From Dehalococcoidia bacterium (GTDB lineage Bacteria; Chloroflexota; Dehalococcoidia; Bin125), in contig CAXXNO010000009.1 in NCBI GenBank assembly GCA_963663235.2, positions 64,001 through 128,000 on the forward strand: a DNA stretch of 64,000 nt. The letters are read 5' to 3'. This document shows, one piece after another, positions 1 through 10,318 of this stretch (its first letter is position 1; each line of letters begins with the position of its first letter). A model generated the notes under the pieces. The model did no database searches, was not told where the DNA came from, and worked only from the letters and a program-made list of their open reading frames with translations. The position numbers and the translations under genes were made by a program.

Positions 1-908
1 GCGTACTCCTTGAAGACCTCCACCTCGCCGGCCCGGGGGGTGGCCATCTCCAGGACCAACTGGTCCACGTTCATCTGCACGAGATACGGCAGCAGCGGCC
101 CGTAGTTGCCGCTGAGGAGCACGTCCTCGCGGCGGCTCCAGTTGCCACGGCAGACGTGGACGCCCAAGCGGACGCCGTCGATGCCGTCGACGGTCTCGTT
201 CATGAGTTGGAGCGCGAACTCCATCTCCTCGGTGGGGTCGCGGCGCGATCCCAGCGCCGCGCACATGAACGTCTCCTGGCTCTCCTCGCCGTAGACCACC
301 TGCGTCAAGGTCGGTTCGTCCAGCTGGATGAAGGCCACGCCCATATCGCGCAAGGCGATGATCTCGTCGCGGAGGATCTGCACGACATCCGCGGCGAGGT
401 CCTCCTGCGTGGGATAGGCGTCGCGCGAGAGTTGCTCGAACCAGGCGGCGCGGCTCAACAGGTAGGGGCCGGGCAGCGGGACCTTGATGGGCTTCTGGGT
501 GTGCCGCTGGAGGAAGGCGACCTCGTCGCGGGCGAGGCCGTCGCGGACCCGGAGCTTTTCGACGGCGACCGGGCTCTTGATGGCGAAGGAGGGGACATCG
601 AGGGCGCGCAGGGTTTCCTCGAAGCGGGCGCGGTCGGGGACGTAGTCCAGCAACTCGGAGACCGCCATGAGGCGCATGCCCTGGATCTTGTCGACGACGA
701 AGGAGTAGAAGTTATCGCGGCGCTGTTCGCCGTCCGTGATGATGTCGACCCCGGCGTCCTCCTGGTAGCGGAGCGCCTCCAGGACGGCCTGATCTGCCAC
801 GGCGGCGAAGTCGGCTTCGGAGATCTCCCCGGCCTGGCGCCCCCGGAGGGCGCGGATCAGGTCCGGGGGACGAGCCCAGCTCCCAACGGTGGTCACCGGA
901 AACAGCAT
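1..908 (-). CDS. Cobalamin-independent methionine synthase II family protein (MetE C-terminal-like); 3' end runs off the window
   Basis: Manual translation from the ATG at 908: MLFPVTTVGSWARP...AGVDIITDGEQRRDNF...KVPLPGPY...FIQLDEP...HVCRGNW, motifs typical of the family. Not in the ORF track because it is truncated. Confidence 0.88.
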   Translation of the reverse strand, partial: MLFPVTTVGSWARPPDLIRALRGRQAGEISEADFAAVADQAVLEALRYQEDAGVDIITDGEQRRDNFYSFVVDKIQGMRLMAVSELLDYVPDRARFEETLRALDVPSFAIKSPVAVEKLRVRDGLARDEVAFLQRHTQKPIKVPLPGPYLLSRAAWFEQLSRDAYPTQEDLAADVVQILRDEIIALRDMGVAFIQLDEPTLTQVVYGEESQETFMCAALGSRRDPTEEMEFALQLMNETVDGIDGVRLGVHVCRGNWSRREDVLLSGNYGPLLPYLVQMNVDQLVLEMATPRAGEVEVFKEY

Positions 909-1079
909 GGTCGCCTGCCCTCCACACCGAATCAGCATCAGAGACGCGCCGACAGGCGCTCAGCCTAACATGCCCCCCCCGAAATTCCACAGCAACCGCG
1001 GCGCGCCTGGGCTCCCTTCCGCCGCCCGACCTGCTAGTCTTTCCGCCGTCAACCGAAAGGGCACGAGAGGAGAGAGTGA

Positions 1080-1547
1080 ATGGCGACGCTTGAGCAACGA
1101 GTCCAGCTTCTGGAGGACACCGAGGCGATCCGGCGGCATAAGCACGTGTACGCAAAGGTTGTCGACGCTTTCTCATCGGGCGAGGAATACGCCGCGCTCT
1201 TCACCGAGGACGGCATCATCGACGGCGACTTCGGGCCGTTCAACGGGCGCAAGGAGATCTCGGATTTCTTCGGCAGCGTGGGGGACAACATCACCTTCTT
1301 CCTCCACTTCATGACTGGGGAGATCATCGACGTGGCGCCATCGGGGACCGAGGCGAAAGCCTACTGGTACCTGTGGGAGCCCGCCACGGTCAATGGGGAA
1401 GCGGTCTTCATCGCGATCACGTACGACGACGAGTACCGCAAGGTGAACGGGAAGTGGCTGATCTCGCGGCAGACGTTCCACAACCAATTCCTCACGCCGG
1501 TCGATAAGGGCTGGGTGAAGCAGCAGTTCGTCGAGATGGAGACCTAG
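1080..1547 (+). CDS. SnoaL-like/NTF2-fold protein
   Basis: LEDTEAIRR..YA..VD..LFTEDG, YDDEYRKVNGKWLI motifs; GGAG upstream. Confidence 0.85.
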   Translation: MATLEQRVQLLEDTEAIRRHKHVYAKVVDAFSSGEEYAALFTEDGIIDGDFGPFNGRKEISDFFGSVGDNITFFLHFMTGEIIDVAPSGTEAKAYWYLWEPATVNGEAVFIAITYDDEYRKVNGKWLISRQTFHNQFLTPVDKGWVKQQFVEMET

Positions 1548-1681
1548 CCGCAGGCGCTCGACGGTCCAGCAGCCGATCGCAGCGGCGACCAGGGTCAGAC
1601 CGCGCGGCTCCATGGCGCGGTCTGATCCTGTGTGGCTCACAGCCGGAAGCACGAGCAGGGAGCGGAGAGGAGCAGCGCGCG

Positions 1682-2713
1682 ATGGAGATCGGCCTGTTCA
1701 TGGACACGCACGGGTTGGGCACGCGGGACGAGACGCAGTGGTGGCTGCAAGCGGTACCCGCGCCGGAGATGCAGCCGGTGGAGATCGCCAAGCTCGGGGA
1801 GGCGAACGGCTTCCATTCGCTGTGGTTCTCCGACCACGTGGCGATGCCGCCCACCAGCGTCCCCATCACCTACGTGAACACGGAGACGGCCCGGCGGCAC
1901 TATCCGGAGCGCTTCGACATGCTGGACGGGGCGGTGGTGATGGGCGCGGTGGCGACCCACACCACGCGGATCAAGCTGGCGCCGTCGGTGCTGGTGAGCC
2001 CGTACCGGCCCCCGATGAGCGACGCGCGGCAGTTCGCGACGATCGACGTGCTGTCCAACGGGCGGCTGATCATGGGGGTGGGCGCGGGGTGGTGCCGGGA
2101 GGAGTTCGAGGGGCTGGGGCTGCGCTTCGAGGATCGCTCGTCGATGACGGAGGAGTGCATCGAGATCTACAAGCGCGCCTGGACCGACGACCTGGTGGAG
2201 TTCCACGGGAAGCACTACGACTTCGCCAACCTGGTGATGAACCCCAAGCCGATCCAGAAACCGCATCCGCCGATCGTCTTTGGGGGCGTGACCAAAGAGG
2301 GCGCGCGCCGGGCGGCGCGCCTGTGCGACGGCTTCTACCCCATCTTCTCCGAGCCTGCCATCCGGGCGGACCACTACGACGCGATGCAGGACGAGATCCG
2401 GCGCGAAGCGGAGCGGATCGGGCGCGACCTCACCAACTTCCGCATGCTGGGGACGCTGGCCGCGCGCATCACCGACTCACATGACGCCTTCGGCAGCCGG
2501 GAGCCGCGCCCGCACGCGGCGGGCTCTGTCGAGCAGGTGCTGTCCGACCTGGAGAAGCTCTCCGAGGCCGGTTACTCGATGATGGCGGTGCACATGGATT
2601 GCCCGACGGGCACGGTCTCCGAGCTACGCGACCGCATCGCGCAGTTTGGGTCGGAGATCATCCCGACCGCGAAGAAATTCCAGGCCAAGGGGGAGTGGCG
2701 GCGGGACATCTAG
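1682..2713 (+). CDS. LLM-class flavin/F420-dependent oxidoreductase
   Basis: GFHSLWFSDHV, ATIDVLSNGRLIMGVGAGW, PKPIQKPHPPIVFGG. Confidence 0.92.
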   Translation: MEIGLFMDTHGLGTRDETQWWLQAVPAPEMQPVEIAKLGEANGFHSLWFSDHVAMPPTSVPITYVNTETARRHYPERFDMLDGAVVMGAVATHTTRIKLAPSVLVSPYRPPMSDARQFATIDVLSNGRLIMGVGAGWCREEFEGLGLRFEDRSSMTEECIEIYKRAWTDDLVEFHGKHYDFANLVMNPKPIQKPHPPIVFGGVTKEGARRAARLCDGFYPIFSEPAIRADHYDAMQDEIRREAERIGRDLTNFRMLGTLAARITDSHDAFGSREPRPHAAGSVEQVLSDLEKLSEAGYSMMAVHMDCPTGTVSELRDRIAQFGSEIIPTAKKFQAKGEWRRDI

Positions 2714-2749
2714 CGCCGCGGGCGGTGCAGGGCGTCTACGAGCGCTTGC

Positions 2750-3400
2750 CTACCCGCCTTGGGGGTCGCGCCACATGAGCCATTGTTTGGGCCCGCCCAT
2801 GGGCAGGACGACCTCTTCGGTCACGGCGAAGCCGTTGCGCTCGTAGAGCGGAACGTTGCGGACGTTGGTGCAGACGAGGTAGGCGGGGATGCGCTCCCGG
2901 TCGCAGCGCTCCAGCACGGGCTGCATGAGAGCCGTGGCCAGGCCGCGGAGGCCGCGCCCCTGCATCTCGGGCAGGACGCCGATCGCGAGCAGGTAAAAGT
3001 GCGGCACGTGCGGATGCCGCTCGTCCAAGAAGTCCAGGCTCTTGATCACCGCCCGCGCGTGGCGCAAGCCGGCGACCCCGGCCATGTGCCGGCGAAACGC
3101 CATCCTCTCCCGGAGACTCGGCGGCGGCTTCCCGGGCGGCTCCCAGAGCGCGGTACCGCGAAGGTCCGTGTCCGCGTACACCTCCCCAAAGGGGAGCGTG
3201 TCCGTTCGCAACGAGCGCGCGAAGAGCTTCTCGATGGAGGCGCCGCGCTTGCGGCCCTTGCGCGCCCACCAATCGACGAGCGGGTCCTTGTCGAAGGCCT
3301 TGGCCAGGACGGTCGTGAGCACAGGCGCGTCGGCCAGGGTCGCTTTCCGCACCGTGAGCGGCGCGGTCTGCGGCGATCGCACGGGTTGATCAGTGGTCAT
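2750..3400 (-). CDS. GNAT family N-acetyltransferase
   Basis: HFYLLAIGVLPEMQGRGL, PAYL..N..LYERNGF. Confidence 0.88.
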   Translation of the reverse strand: MTTDQPVRSPQTAPLTVRKATLADAPVLTTVLAKAFDKDPLVDWWARKGRKRGASIEKLFARSLRTDTLPFGEVYADTDLRGTALWEPPGKPPPSLRERMAFRRHMAGVAGLRHARAVIKSLDFLDERHPHVPHFYLLAIGVLPEMQGRGLRGLATALMQPVLERCDRERIPAYLVCTNVRNVPLYERNGFAVTEEVVLPMGGPKQWLMWRDPQGG

Positions 3401-3699
3401 GCGGCCCAGTCCTTCGTCCGCAAGCCAGGCGATGCAGTTGGGCCTTCACCCGGAACTCCCGATCGCCGCTCGGCCGCCGCACAGGTCCGCTGCGTCCGCG
3501 ACCCGTAGCCAGAGACTACAGGAGCGGGCGACGGTGGCGGCCACGCAGGCACGGCCCAGCCGCCCGCGCGGCGCCCAGAGTGGCGCCCCCCATCGCTTGA
3601 CGAGTCCGGCCGTCGGAGCGAGATTACACAGCAGGTGAGGCCGGTCGGCGCTCAGTCGCGCGGCTCGCGCCGGAGCCGGATGGATAGGAGAGCCGCAGG

Positions 3700-3819
3700 A
3701 TGGCCGAAAACAAGAGCATAGTGCGAAAGATCCACGACGCGACCTGCCTAGGAGCGGTGGCGAATTTCAAGCCGCTGCAAAAGGTCTGCCCCGTGTGCCG
3801 GAGCGATCAGGCCACGTAG
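3700..3819 (+). CDS. Putative 39-aa Cys-containing small protein
   Basis: AGGAG upstream of the ATG at 3700; MAENKSIVRKIHDATCLGAVANFKPLQKVCPVCRSDQAT*; too short for the ORF track. Confidence 0.45.
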   Translation: MAENKSIVRKIHDATCLGAVANFKPLQKVCPVCRSDQAT

Positions 3820-4080
3820 AGCGCAGGTTAGAGCCGACGGCGGCCCGCCGCCGGACGTCCAGATCGACGACCGACCGTGGCGGCGTGAGCCGCCGCGAGA
3901 GGCAGGCGCCGTCGCTCGACGGGCCATCGTTGGCCGAGCCGGAACTCGGCCCGCATCACGCGTCGCGATCCCGCGGCCGCGACTCGACCGGCCGCGGGCC
4001 CTCAGCGGCAACGACGCGCTAGCCTGACAGCGGACGGCGAAGGTGGCGGAGCAGACCGCCGCGCCATCCGGGATCGCACG

Positions 4081-5247
4081 GTGCCACAACCACGTCGCGA
4101 GGTTCGCCTGGGGATGACGGCGTCCCTGACCGGCCGCTACCGGATCCAGGGCGCCCAGGCTCTGGCCGGTGCCCGGCTGTGGGTGGAGCACGTGAACCGC
4201 TCGGGCGGCCTCCACATCGGTACAAGCAGTAGAGCCGTCTCCGTCCGCTTCTCCTCCTACGACGACCGCAGCGAGCCGCGGCTGGCGGCGTCGTACGCGC
4301 TGAAGCTGCTGGCGGTCGATCGTGTGGACGTGTTGCTGGGGCCGTACTCGAGCGGCCTGACGATGGCCGCGGCGCGCGTCGCGGACGAGTACGGAGCGCT
4401 GCTCTGGAACCACGGCGGCGCGGCGGACGGGCTCTACGAACGCGGGTATCCCGGGGTGGTCGGTGTGCTGCGGCCGGCCAGCGGCTACTTCGCCGGCGTC
4501 CTGGAACTGCTGCGGCAGGTCGACCCCTCGGCCCGACGGGTGGCGCTGCTGGGCGATGCTCGGCGCGGATTCGCCGGCGCCGTCCTGTCCGGCGCCGAGG
4601 CAGCCGCGCAGCGGTTGGGGTTCGAAGTGGTGCACCAGGATGACCACGGGGGGCCGGACGCCGGAGTCGATGGGCTGCTGGCCGTGCTGGGAGAGAGCCA
4701 CCCCGACGTGATCCTGGCCGCGGGCGAGCTGGAGAGCGACGTGCGCCTGGCGCGGCGGCTCGTCGATGGCTACGGGGGCGGCTACGGCGGCGCGAAGGCC
4801 GCGGCGCTCGTCGCGGCGGGGGTGGACGAGTTCCGGCGGCAGCTCGGCGACGCCGCCGACGGCTTCCTGGGCCCCAGCCAGTGGGAGCCCGTCGTCGACG
4901 CCGCCCCGGAGATCGGCCCGACCGCCGAGGAGTTCGCACAAGCGTTCCGGCAAGGCGGCTCCGACCCGGCGGGGTACCCGGCGGCACAGGCCTACGCAGC
5001 CGGCCTGGTGATCCAGCAGTGCGTGGAGCGCGCCGGCTCCCTGGAGGCGTCGCGGCTCCGCGCGGCCGCCGCCGAACTCGACTTCACGAGCTTCTACGGG
5101 CGTTTTCGCATCGATCCGGTCAGCGGCCGCCAGATCGGCGGCGAGCCCCTGGTGGTGCAGTGGCAGGACGGCGTCCGGCGGGTGGTGTGGCCGGCGGCGA
5201 TCGCGCAGGCCACACCGCTATACCCAGCGTGGGAGGGCGGAGCCTGA
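4081..5247 (+). CDS. Branched-chain amino acid ABC-type substrate-binding protein (PBP1 fold)
   Basis: SLTGRY, YDDRSEP, VDVLLGPYSSGLT, FYGRFRID, VVQWQDG. No obvious signal peptide and no permease nearby. Confidence 0.85.
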   Translation: MPQPRREVRLGMTASLTGRYRIQGAQALAGARLWVEHVNRSGGLHIGTSSRAVSVRFSSYDDRSEPRLAASYALKLLAVDRVDVLLGPYSSGLTMAAARVADEYGALLWNHGGAADGLYERGYPGVVGVLRPASGYFAGVLELLRQVDPSARRVALLGDARRGFAGAVLSGAEAAAQRLGFEVVHQDDHGGPDAGVDGLLAVLGESHPDVILAAGELESDVRLARRLVDGYGGGYGGAKAAALVAAGVDEFRRQLGDAADGFLGPSQWEPVVDAAPEIGPTAEEFAQAFRQGGSDPAGYPAAQAYAAGLVIQQCVERAGSLEASRLRAAAAELDFTSFYGRFRIDPVSGRQIGGEPLVVQWQDGVRRVVWPAAIAQATPLYPAWEGGA

Positions 5248-5403
5248 GCGCCGCGGACGCAGACGCGCATGCCGTCCGCGAGCGGGGCAAGGGCTGAGCC
5301 AGAGTCGTCGGCGGCATCGAATTTCTCCGTTGGACGGCCGGGCGCGAAGGCGCGCGCGATGCTAGCCTTCGCCACGCATCGCCGCGAGAGGGGGAGCATC
5401 GCC

Positions 5404-6342
5404 ATGCCCAAGCCGGGATTCATCATCAGCGCGCGGACGGGCCAGCGCAAACAGGTGGTCGAGCTGGCCCAAGAGTTGGACCGGCGGGGCTTCCCGCACG
5501 TCTTCTGCCCGCACGACTACAGCCCGATCCTGACGTCGAAGGGGACTAAGCCGCCGCCCTACGACGCCCTCAGCCTCACCACCGCCGTGATCCAAGCGAC
5601 GAAGCAGATCCGCGTGGGCAGCGGCATCGCCGTGACGTACACACGCCACCCGGTGGAGATGGCGGCAGCGGCGGCCTTCAACCACGAGATCAGCGACGGG
5701 CGGTTCGTGCTGGGCCTGGGGATCGGCCACGCCGACGTCCTCACGCGCTACGGGATCCCCTCCGAGCGGCCGATCCCGCACATGCGTCGCTACGTGGCGG
5801 AGGTCAAAGAGGCCGCCGCCGACTGGGCGATGCCGCCGATCATCCTTGCGGTCCTGCGACGCAAGATGACCTACCTCACCGGCGAGATCGCGGACGGGTT
5901 CCTGGCGAACAACTGGGCGCTCCCGCACTTCCCGACCACGCTCAAGGAGTTCCCCGGGAGCCAGCCGGAGGGCTTCATCCGCGGCGCGATCGTTCCCACG
6001 TACGTCTCGGAGGACCGCAGCGAGGGGCTGGCGGCCGTGCGCCACGTGCTGTCCTTCTACCTGCGGATGAACAATTATGTCGAGTATTACCGGGAGGTCG
6101 GGTACGGAAAGGACGCGGAGCGGGGGCTGGCGGCGCTGGCGGCGGGCGACGACGAGGCGATGCTGAACTCCATCTCGGAAGAGATGGCCGAGGGGATGGG
6201 GATCATCGGGACGGCATCGCAGGTGCGCAACAAGGTGGAGGAGTGGCAGGCGGCCGGCATCGAATGGCTGACCCTGTCCGCGCTGCAGTCGTCGGGGAGC
6301 CAGTACGACTCGATCATGCGCATCGCCAAGATCTTCGACTGA
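5404..6342 (+). CDS. LLM-class oxidoreductase
   Basis: IRVGSGIAVTYTRHP, ISDGRFVLGLGIGH; ATG at 5404 after GGGGAG. Confidence 0.88.
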   Translation: MPKPGFIISARTGQRKQVVELAQELDRRGFPHVFCPHDYSPILTSKGTKPPPYDALSLTTAVIQATKQIRVGSGIAVTYTRHPVEMAAAAAFNHEISDGRFVLGLGIGHADVLTRYGIPSERPIPHMRRYVAEVKEAAADWAMPPIILAVLRRKMTYLTGEIADGFLANNWALPHFPTTLKEFPGSQPEGFIRGAIVPTYVSEDRSEGLAAVRHVLSFYLRMNNYVEYYREVGYGKDAERGLAALAAGDDEAMLNSISEEMAEGMGIIGTASQVRNKVEEWQAAGIEWLTLSALQSSGSQYDSIMRIAKIFD

Positions 6343-6360
6343 CGGCGGCGGCCGCGCGCG

Positions 6361-7251
6361 TTACTCGTCGAAGAAGTCGCGGACCGTTCGCACGAACAGA
6401 TCCAGCTGGTCGTGGTGGACCCAGTGGCCCGCCTCGGGCACCGTCCAGAGTCGGGCGTCGGGAAACTCCTCGAGCAGGCCCTCCTCCATGGGATCGCTGG
6501 TGGGGCTCTCGGCCCCGTGGATCAACAGCGTGGGGGCCGTGATGCGACGCCAGAGCGCGCGCGCGATCTCCGCGGCCGCGGGGTCGGGCATCCAGATCCG
6601 CTCGTAGTTGTCGAACTTCCAGGTGTAGGTGCCGTCCTCGTTCTGGTTCATGCCGTGGATGGTGAGGTGGCGCGCCTGCTCGGGCGACAGGCGAGGATTC
6701 GCCTTGCGCATGCGCGCGATGGCGGCATCGATGCTCTCGTAGCGCCGTGGGAGACGGCCGGCCATGCCGCGAACGACGTCGATCCACTCCTGGAGTTGCT
6801 CGTGCACCTCCCTCGGCTTGCGGTCCTTGTTTCGCCGCCACAAGGGGCCCAGCCCCTCGATGGCCACGATCTTGCGCACCTTGTCCGGGTACAGACCGGC
6901 GTAGCGAAGGCTCACCGCCCCACCCCACGAGTGGGCGATGATGGTGACCGGCTCCAGGCTCTGCTGATGGACCAGTTGCGCGACGTCGTAGACGTAGTCG
7001 TTGATGGCGTAGCCAGAGCCGATGACCCACTGCGAGTCGCCGTGGCCGCGCAGGTCCGGCGCGATCACGTGGTAGCGATCGCGCAGGCGCTGCGCCACCC
7101 AGTCCCAAGAGCGGCAGTGATCGCGGCCGCCGTGGACCAGGAGAAGGGGCGGCGCGTCGTTGTTGCCCCAGTCGACGTAGTGCAGCCGCAGGCGCTGGGA
7201 GAAGTAGACGTGGGACGTGGGTCCGGACAGTCCCGGAGCATCGCTGGGCAT
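6361..7251 (-). CDS. Alpha/beta hydrolase
   Basis: LVHGGRDH, APDLRGHGDS, AHSWGG nucleophile, AGHWVHHD. Confidence 0.9.
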   Translation of the reverse strand: MPSDAPGLSGPTSHVYFSQRLRLHYVDWGNNDAPPLLLVHGGRDHCRSWDWVAQRLRDRYHVIAPDLRGHGDSQWVIGSGYAINDYVYDVAQLVHQQSLEPVTIIAHSWGGAVSLRYAGLYPDKVRKIVAIEGLGPLWRRNKDRKPREVHEQLQEWIDVVRGMAGRLPRRYESIDAAIARMRKANPRLSPEQARHLTIHGMNQNEDGTYTWKFDNYERIWMPDPAAAEIARALWRRITAPTLLIHGAESPTSDPMEEGLLEEFPDARLWTVPEAGHWVHHDQLDLFVRTVRDFFDE

Positions 7252-7255
7252 CAGG

Positions 7256-8611
7256 TCAGAACCAACGCGACACAGTGACCTTAGTGCTGGTGTAGAAATG
7301 GACCGAGTCCATGCCGGTGGCGTGCAGGTCGCCGTAGAACGACTGATTCCAGCCGCCGAAGGGGAAGATGCTGGCCATGTTCCCGTAGGTGCTGGCGTTG
7401 AGCAGCGTGAGCGCCTCATCGATGTCGGAGGCGCGCATCACCGAGAGCACCGGCCCGAAGAGCTCATCGCGCCAGATGCGCATGTCGGGCGTGACGTTAT
7501 CGAAGATGGTGGGGCCCAAGAAGAAGCCGTCGGCCGGGCCCGCGCCGCGGCCATCGGTGACCAGGCGAGCGCCCTGCCCGGCCGCCTCGTCGATGTAGGC
7601 GAGCAGCTCCGTGCGGCGCTCGTCGCGGATCACCGGCCCCATGTCGGTTTCGGGATCGCGGCCGGGGCCCAAGTGGAGGGCCTCGGCCTGATCCACGAGC
7701 CGGCGCACCATCTCATCGCCCACGGAGCCGACCCCCAGCGCCACGCTGCCGGCCAAGCAGCGCTGGCCGGCGCTGCCGAAGGCCGAGGCGATGAGGGCCG
7801 GGATCGATTGCTCCAAGTCGGCATCGTCCATGATCAGCATGTGGTTCTTGGCCCCGCCCAGCGCCTGCACGCGTTTGCCGTGGGCCGCGGCCGTCTCGTA
7901 GATGTAGCGCGCCACACCAGCCGAGCCGACGAACGACACGGCGGCGATATCCGGGTGAGCCAGGAGTTTGTTGACCGCGTCGTTTGCGCCGTGCACGACG
8001 TTGAAGACCCCGGGCGGCAGCCCCGCCTCCAGCAGCAGCTCCCCGAGCCGCACGCCCGAGAGCGGCGTCCGCTGCGAGGGCTTGAGCACGAAGGCGTTCC
8101 CACAGACCAGCGCCATGGGGATCATCCACATCGGCACCATCACGGGGAAGTTGAAGGGAGTGATGCCGGCGACCACGCCGACGGGGAAACGGCCGATCTC
8201 CTCGTCGATGCCGGGAGCGATCTGATCCAGGCTCGAGCCCATCAAGATCGTGGGCGCCGAGCAGGCGAAGTCCACCACCTCGATCCCGCGGCGTACCTCG
8301 CCGCGGGACTCCGCCAGCGTCTTGCCGTTCTCCAGGGTGACGAGTTGGGCGAGGTCCTCAAGGCGCTCCTCCATGAGCGCCTTGAGGCGGAACATCACCT
8401 GCGCGCGCTGCGGCGCCGGGGTATCGCTCCACTCCGGCAGCGCCGCCCGTGCCGCGGCGATGGCGCGATCGATCTCGTCCATCGTGGAATAGGGCAGCCG
8501 GGCGATGGTCTGACCGGTGCCCGGATCCGGAATCTCGTCCACAGTGGCGGAGACGGGCGTTTCCCACTCCGCGCCGATGAGGGTCGGGACGTCGGTACTT
8601 GTCGTCGTCAT
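7256..8611 (-). CDS. mmsA: CoA-acylating methylmalonate-semialdehyde dehydrogenase (MmsA/IolA family); appears to have an internal C-terminal deletion
   Basis: ITPFNFP, LGGAKNH, FGSAGQRCLA, DELFGPVL, SFYGDLH. Confidence 0.85.
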   Translation of the reverse strand: MTTTSTDVPTLIGAEWETPVSATVDEIPDPGTGQTIARLPYSTMDEIDRAIAAARAALPEWSDTPAPQRAQVMFRLKALMEERLEDLAQLVTLENGKTLAESRGEVRRGIEVVDFACSAPTILMGSSLDQIAPGIDEEIGRFPVGVVAGITPFNFPVMVPMWMIPMALVCGNAFVLKPSQRTPLSGVRLGELLLEAGLPPGVFNVVHGANDAVNKLLAHPDIAAVSFVGSAGVARYIYETAAAHGKRVQALGGAKNHMLIMDDADLEQSIPALIASAFGSAGQRCLAGSVALGVGSVGDEMVRRLVDQAEALHLGPGRDPETDMGPVIRDERRTELLAYIDEAAGQGARLVTDGRGAGPADGFFLGPTIFDNVTPDMRIWRDELFGPVLSVMRASDIDEALTLLNASTYGNMASIFPFGGWNQSFYGDLHATGMDSVHFYTSTKVTVSRWF

Positions 8612-8707
8612 TCGGGGCTCCTTCGGAACGGACTTAGGATAGGCGCGGTGAGTCGCACCGTTCCACCCGCGTCAGCGGTGTCCCGGCGGTGTCTCGGCGT
8701 CGCCGGC

Positions 8708-10318
8708 CTAACTCGACTCGTAGACGACGCGGCCCTGCACGAGGGTCGCCGCCACCGGCAGGTCGCGCATCTCGTCCGGCGGGAGCGATCGCAGGTCGGC
8801 GCTGAGCATCGTCAGGTCCGCGAGCTTGCCGACCTCGATGCTGCCCTTGCGGTCCTCCTCGAACGAGGCGTAAGCGCCGTTAATGGTGTGCATGCGGATG
8901 GCGGTGTTCAGGTCGACGCGCTCACCGGGCCCGCAGACGTCGCCGGACATCGTCGCGCGGGTCATCGCCTGCTCGATGCCAAAGAGGGGCCGATAGTCGG
9001 TGACCGGGGCGTCGGAGGAGCCAGCGACGGTAACGCCCGCCTCCAGCAGCGACCTGGCGGGGAACATGACGTCGGCCCGCTCACGGCCGTAGTTGCGGAT
9101 GTAGCCGTCGCCGAACTCCCAGAAGAAGGCGGGCTGCATTACGGGCAGGATGCCCTGGGCGATCACGCGCGCCTGGAGATCCGGCGGGGCGATGCCGCAG
9201 TGCTCGATGCGGTGGCGCAGTCCCCGGCGCGGGAACTCCCGCTGCGCGCGGGCCATGGCGTCGAGCGACTGCTCGATCGCTCGATCGCCCACGGCGTGGA
9301 CCGTGCACTGCCAGCCCGCCCGGTGCGCGCGGCCGACGAGGTCATCCAGGCCGTCCTGCGACCAGTAAGCGATGCCGGAGTCGTCCGGGTTGGAGGTGTA
9401 GGGGTCGCGGGTGGCGGCGGTCGGGCCGGAGCTGGAGCCGTCCGTGATCACCTTGAAGGCGCCGATACGCAGGCGATCGTCGCCGAAACCGGAGCGATAG
9501 CCGGTGGCGAGGACCGGAACGTGGGGATGATCGGCGGCGTTCACGGTGACGAAGCCGTAGAGCCGCACCTGCAACGCGCCGCTCTGCACCAGATCGGTGG
9601 CGTGGTTCATGGCGGGGCCGGTGAGGCCCAGCGCATCGTGCACGCTGGTGCAGCCGGCGGCCAGGTAGGCGCGGTTTGCGCCCACCAGCCAGGCGCGCGT
9701 CTCCTCCGCCGTGGCCTGCGAGGCGCTCGCGAGAGGGATATTGGCCCGCTCGTAGGCGACGCCCAGCAAGCGGCCGTCGCGGCGGTCGTAGCGGCCGCCC
9801 TCGGGGTCCGGGGTGTCATCGGTGAGGCCGGCGAGCTGCATCGCTTTGGTGTTCCAGGCAGTGATGTGGCCGCAAGTGCGGGTGATGAGGACGGGGTGGT
9901 CGGGGGAGACGGGGTCCAGGTCCAAGCGAGTGGGGTGGCGCCCCTCCGCCAGTTTTGACTGGTCGTAGCCCCAGCCGCGAATCCAGGTCTCGGCGGGAGC
10001 CCCTGCAGCGCGCTCGCCAACGGCGCGCACGATGGCGGCCATATTGTCCATCCCCGTCGCCTTGAAGCGGATCGACTCCTGCGTCTCGCCCAGCCAGGGG
10101 AAGTGCGCGTGGGCATCGATAAAGCCGGGGAGGAGGGAGCGCCCTCGGAGATCGACCCGCTGCGTCGACGGCCCCGCGGTCGCGAGCACGTCCGCCTTTG
10201 AGCCGACGGCCAGGATGTGGCCGTCGGAGACGGCGACGGCCTCGGCGAGGCGGTTCCCGGCGTCGACCGTGTGGACGACGCCGCCGTGCAGGATCAGGTC
10301 CGCGCGTTCCCCAGGCAT
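8708..10318 (-). CDS. YtcJ-like amidohydrolase (amidohydrolase 3 family)
   Basis: PGFIDAHAH, HAVGDRA, HRIEHC, GSSDAPV, GSIEVGKLAD. Confidence 0.92.
   Translation of the reverse strand: MPGERADLILHGGVVHTVDAGNRLAEAVAVSDGHILAVGSKADVLATAGPSTQRVDLRGRSLLPGFIDAHAHFPWLGETQESIRFKATGMDNMAAIVRAVGERAAGAPAETWIRGWGYDQSKLAEGRHPTRLDLDPVSPDHPVLITRTCGHITAWNTKAMQLAGLTDDTPDPEGGRYDRRDGRLLGVAYERANIPLASASQATAEETRAWLVGANRAYLAAGCTSVHDALGLTGPAMNHATDLVQSGALQVRLYGFVTVNAADHPHVPVLATGYRSGFGDDRLRIGAFKVITDGSSSGPTAATRDPYTSNPDDSGIAYWSQDGLDDLVGRAHRAGWQCTVHAVGDRAIEQSLDAMARAQREFPRRGLRHRIEHCGIAPPDLQARVIAQGILPVMQPAFFWEFGDGYIRNYGRERADVMFPARSLLEAGVTVAGSSDAPVTDYRPLFGIEQAMTRATMSGDVCGPGERVDLNTAIRMHTINGAYASFEEDRKGSIEVGKLADLTMLSADLRSLPPDEMRDLPVAATLVQGRVVYESS

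Noticed and set aside
909-1079. SAM/SAH/cobalamin riboswitch upstream of the MetE-like gene
   Set aside because: No recognisable consensus by eye; an Rfam scan would be needed to exclude it fully.
7217-9958. 913-aa plus-strand ORF, and similar long ORFs such as 19774..21741 (+) and 25734..27164 (+)
   Set aside because: Antisense shadows of well-supported genes, common in high-GC DNA; no recognisable motifs.
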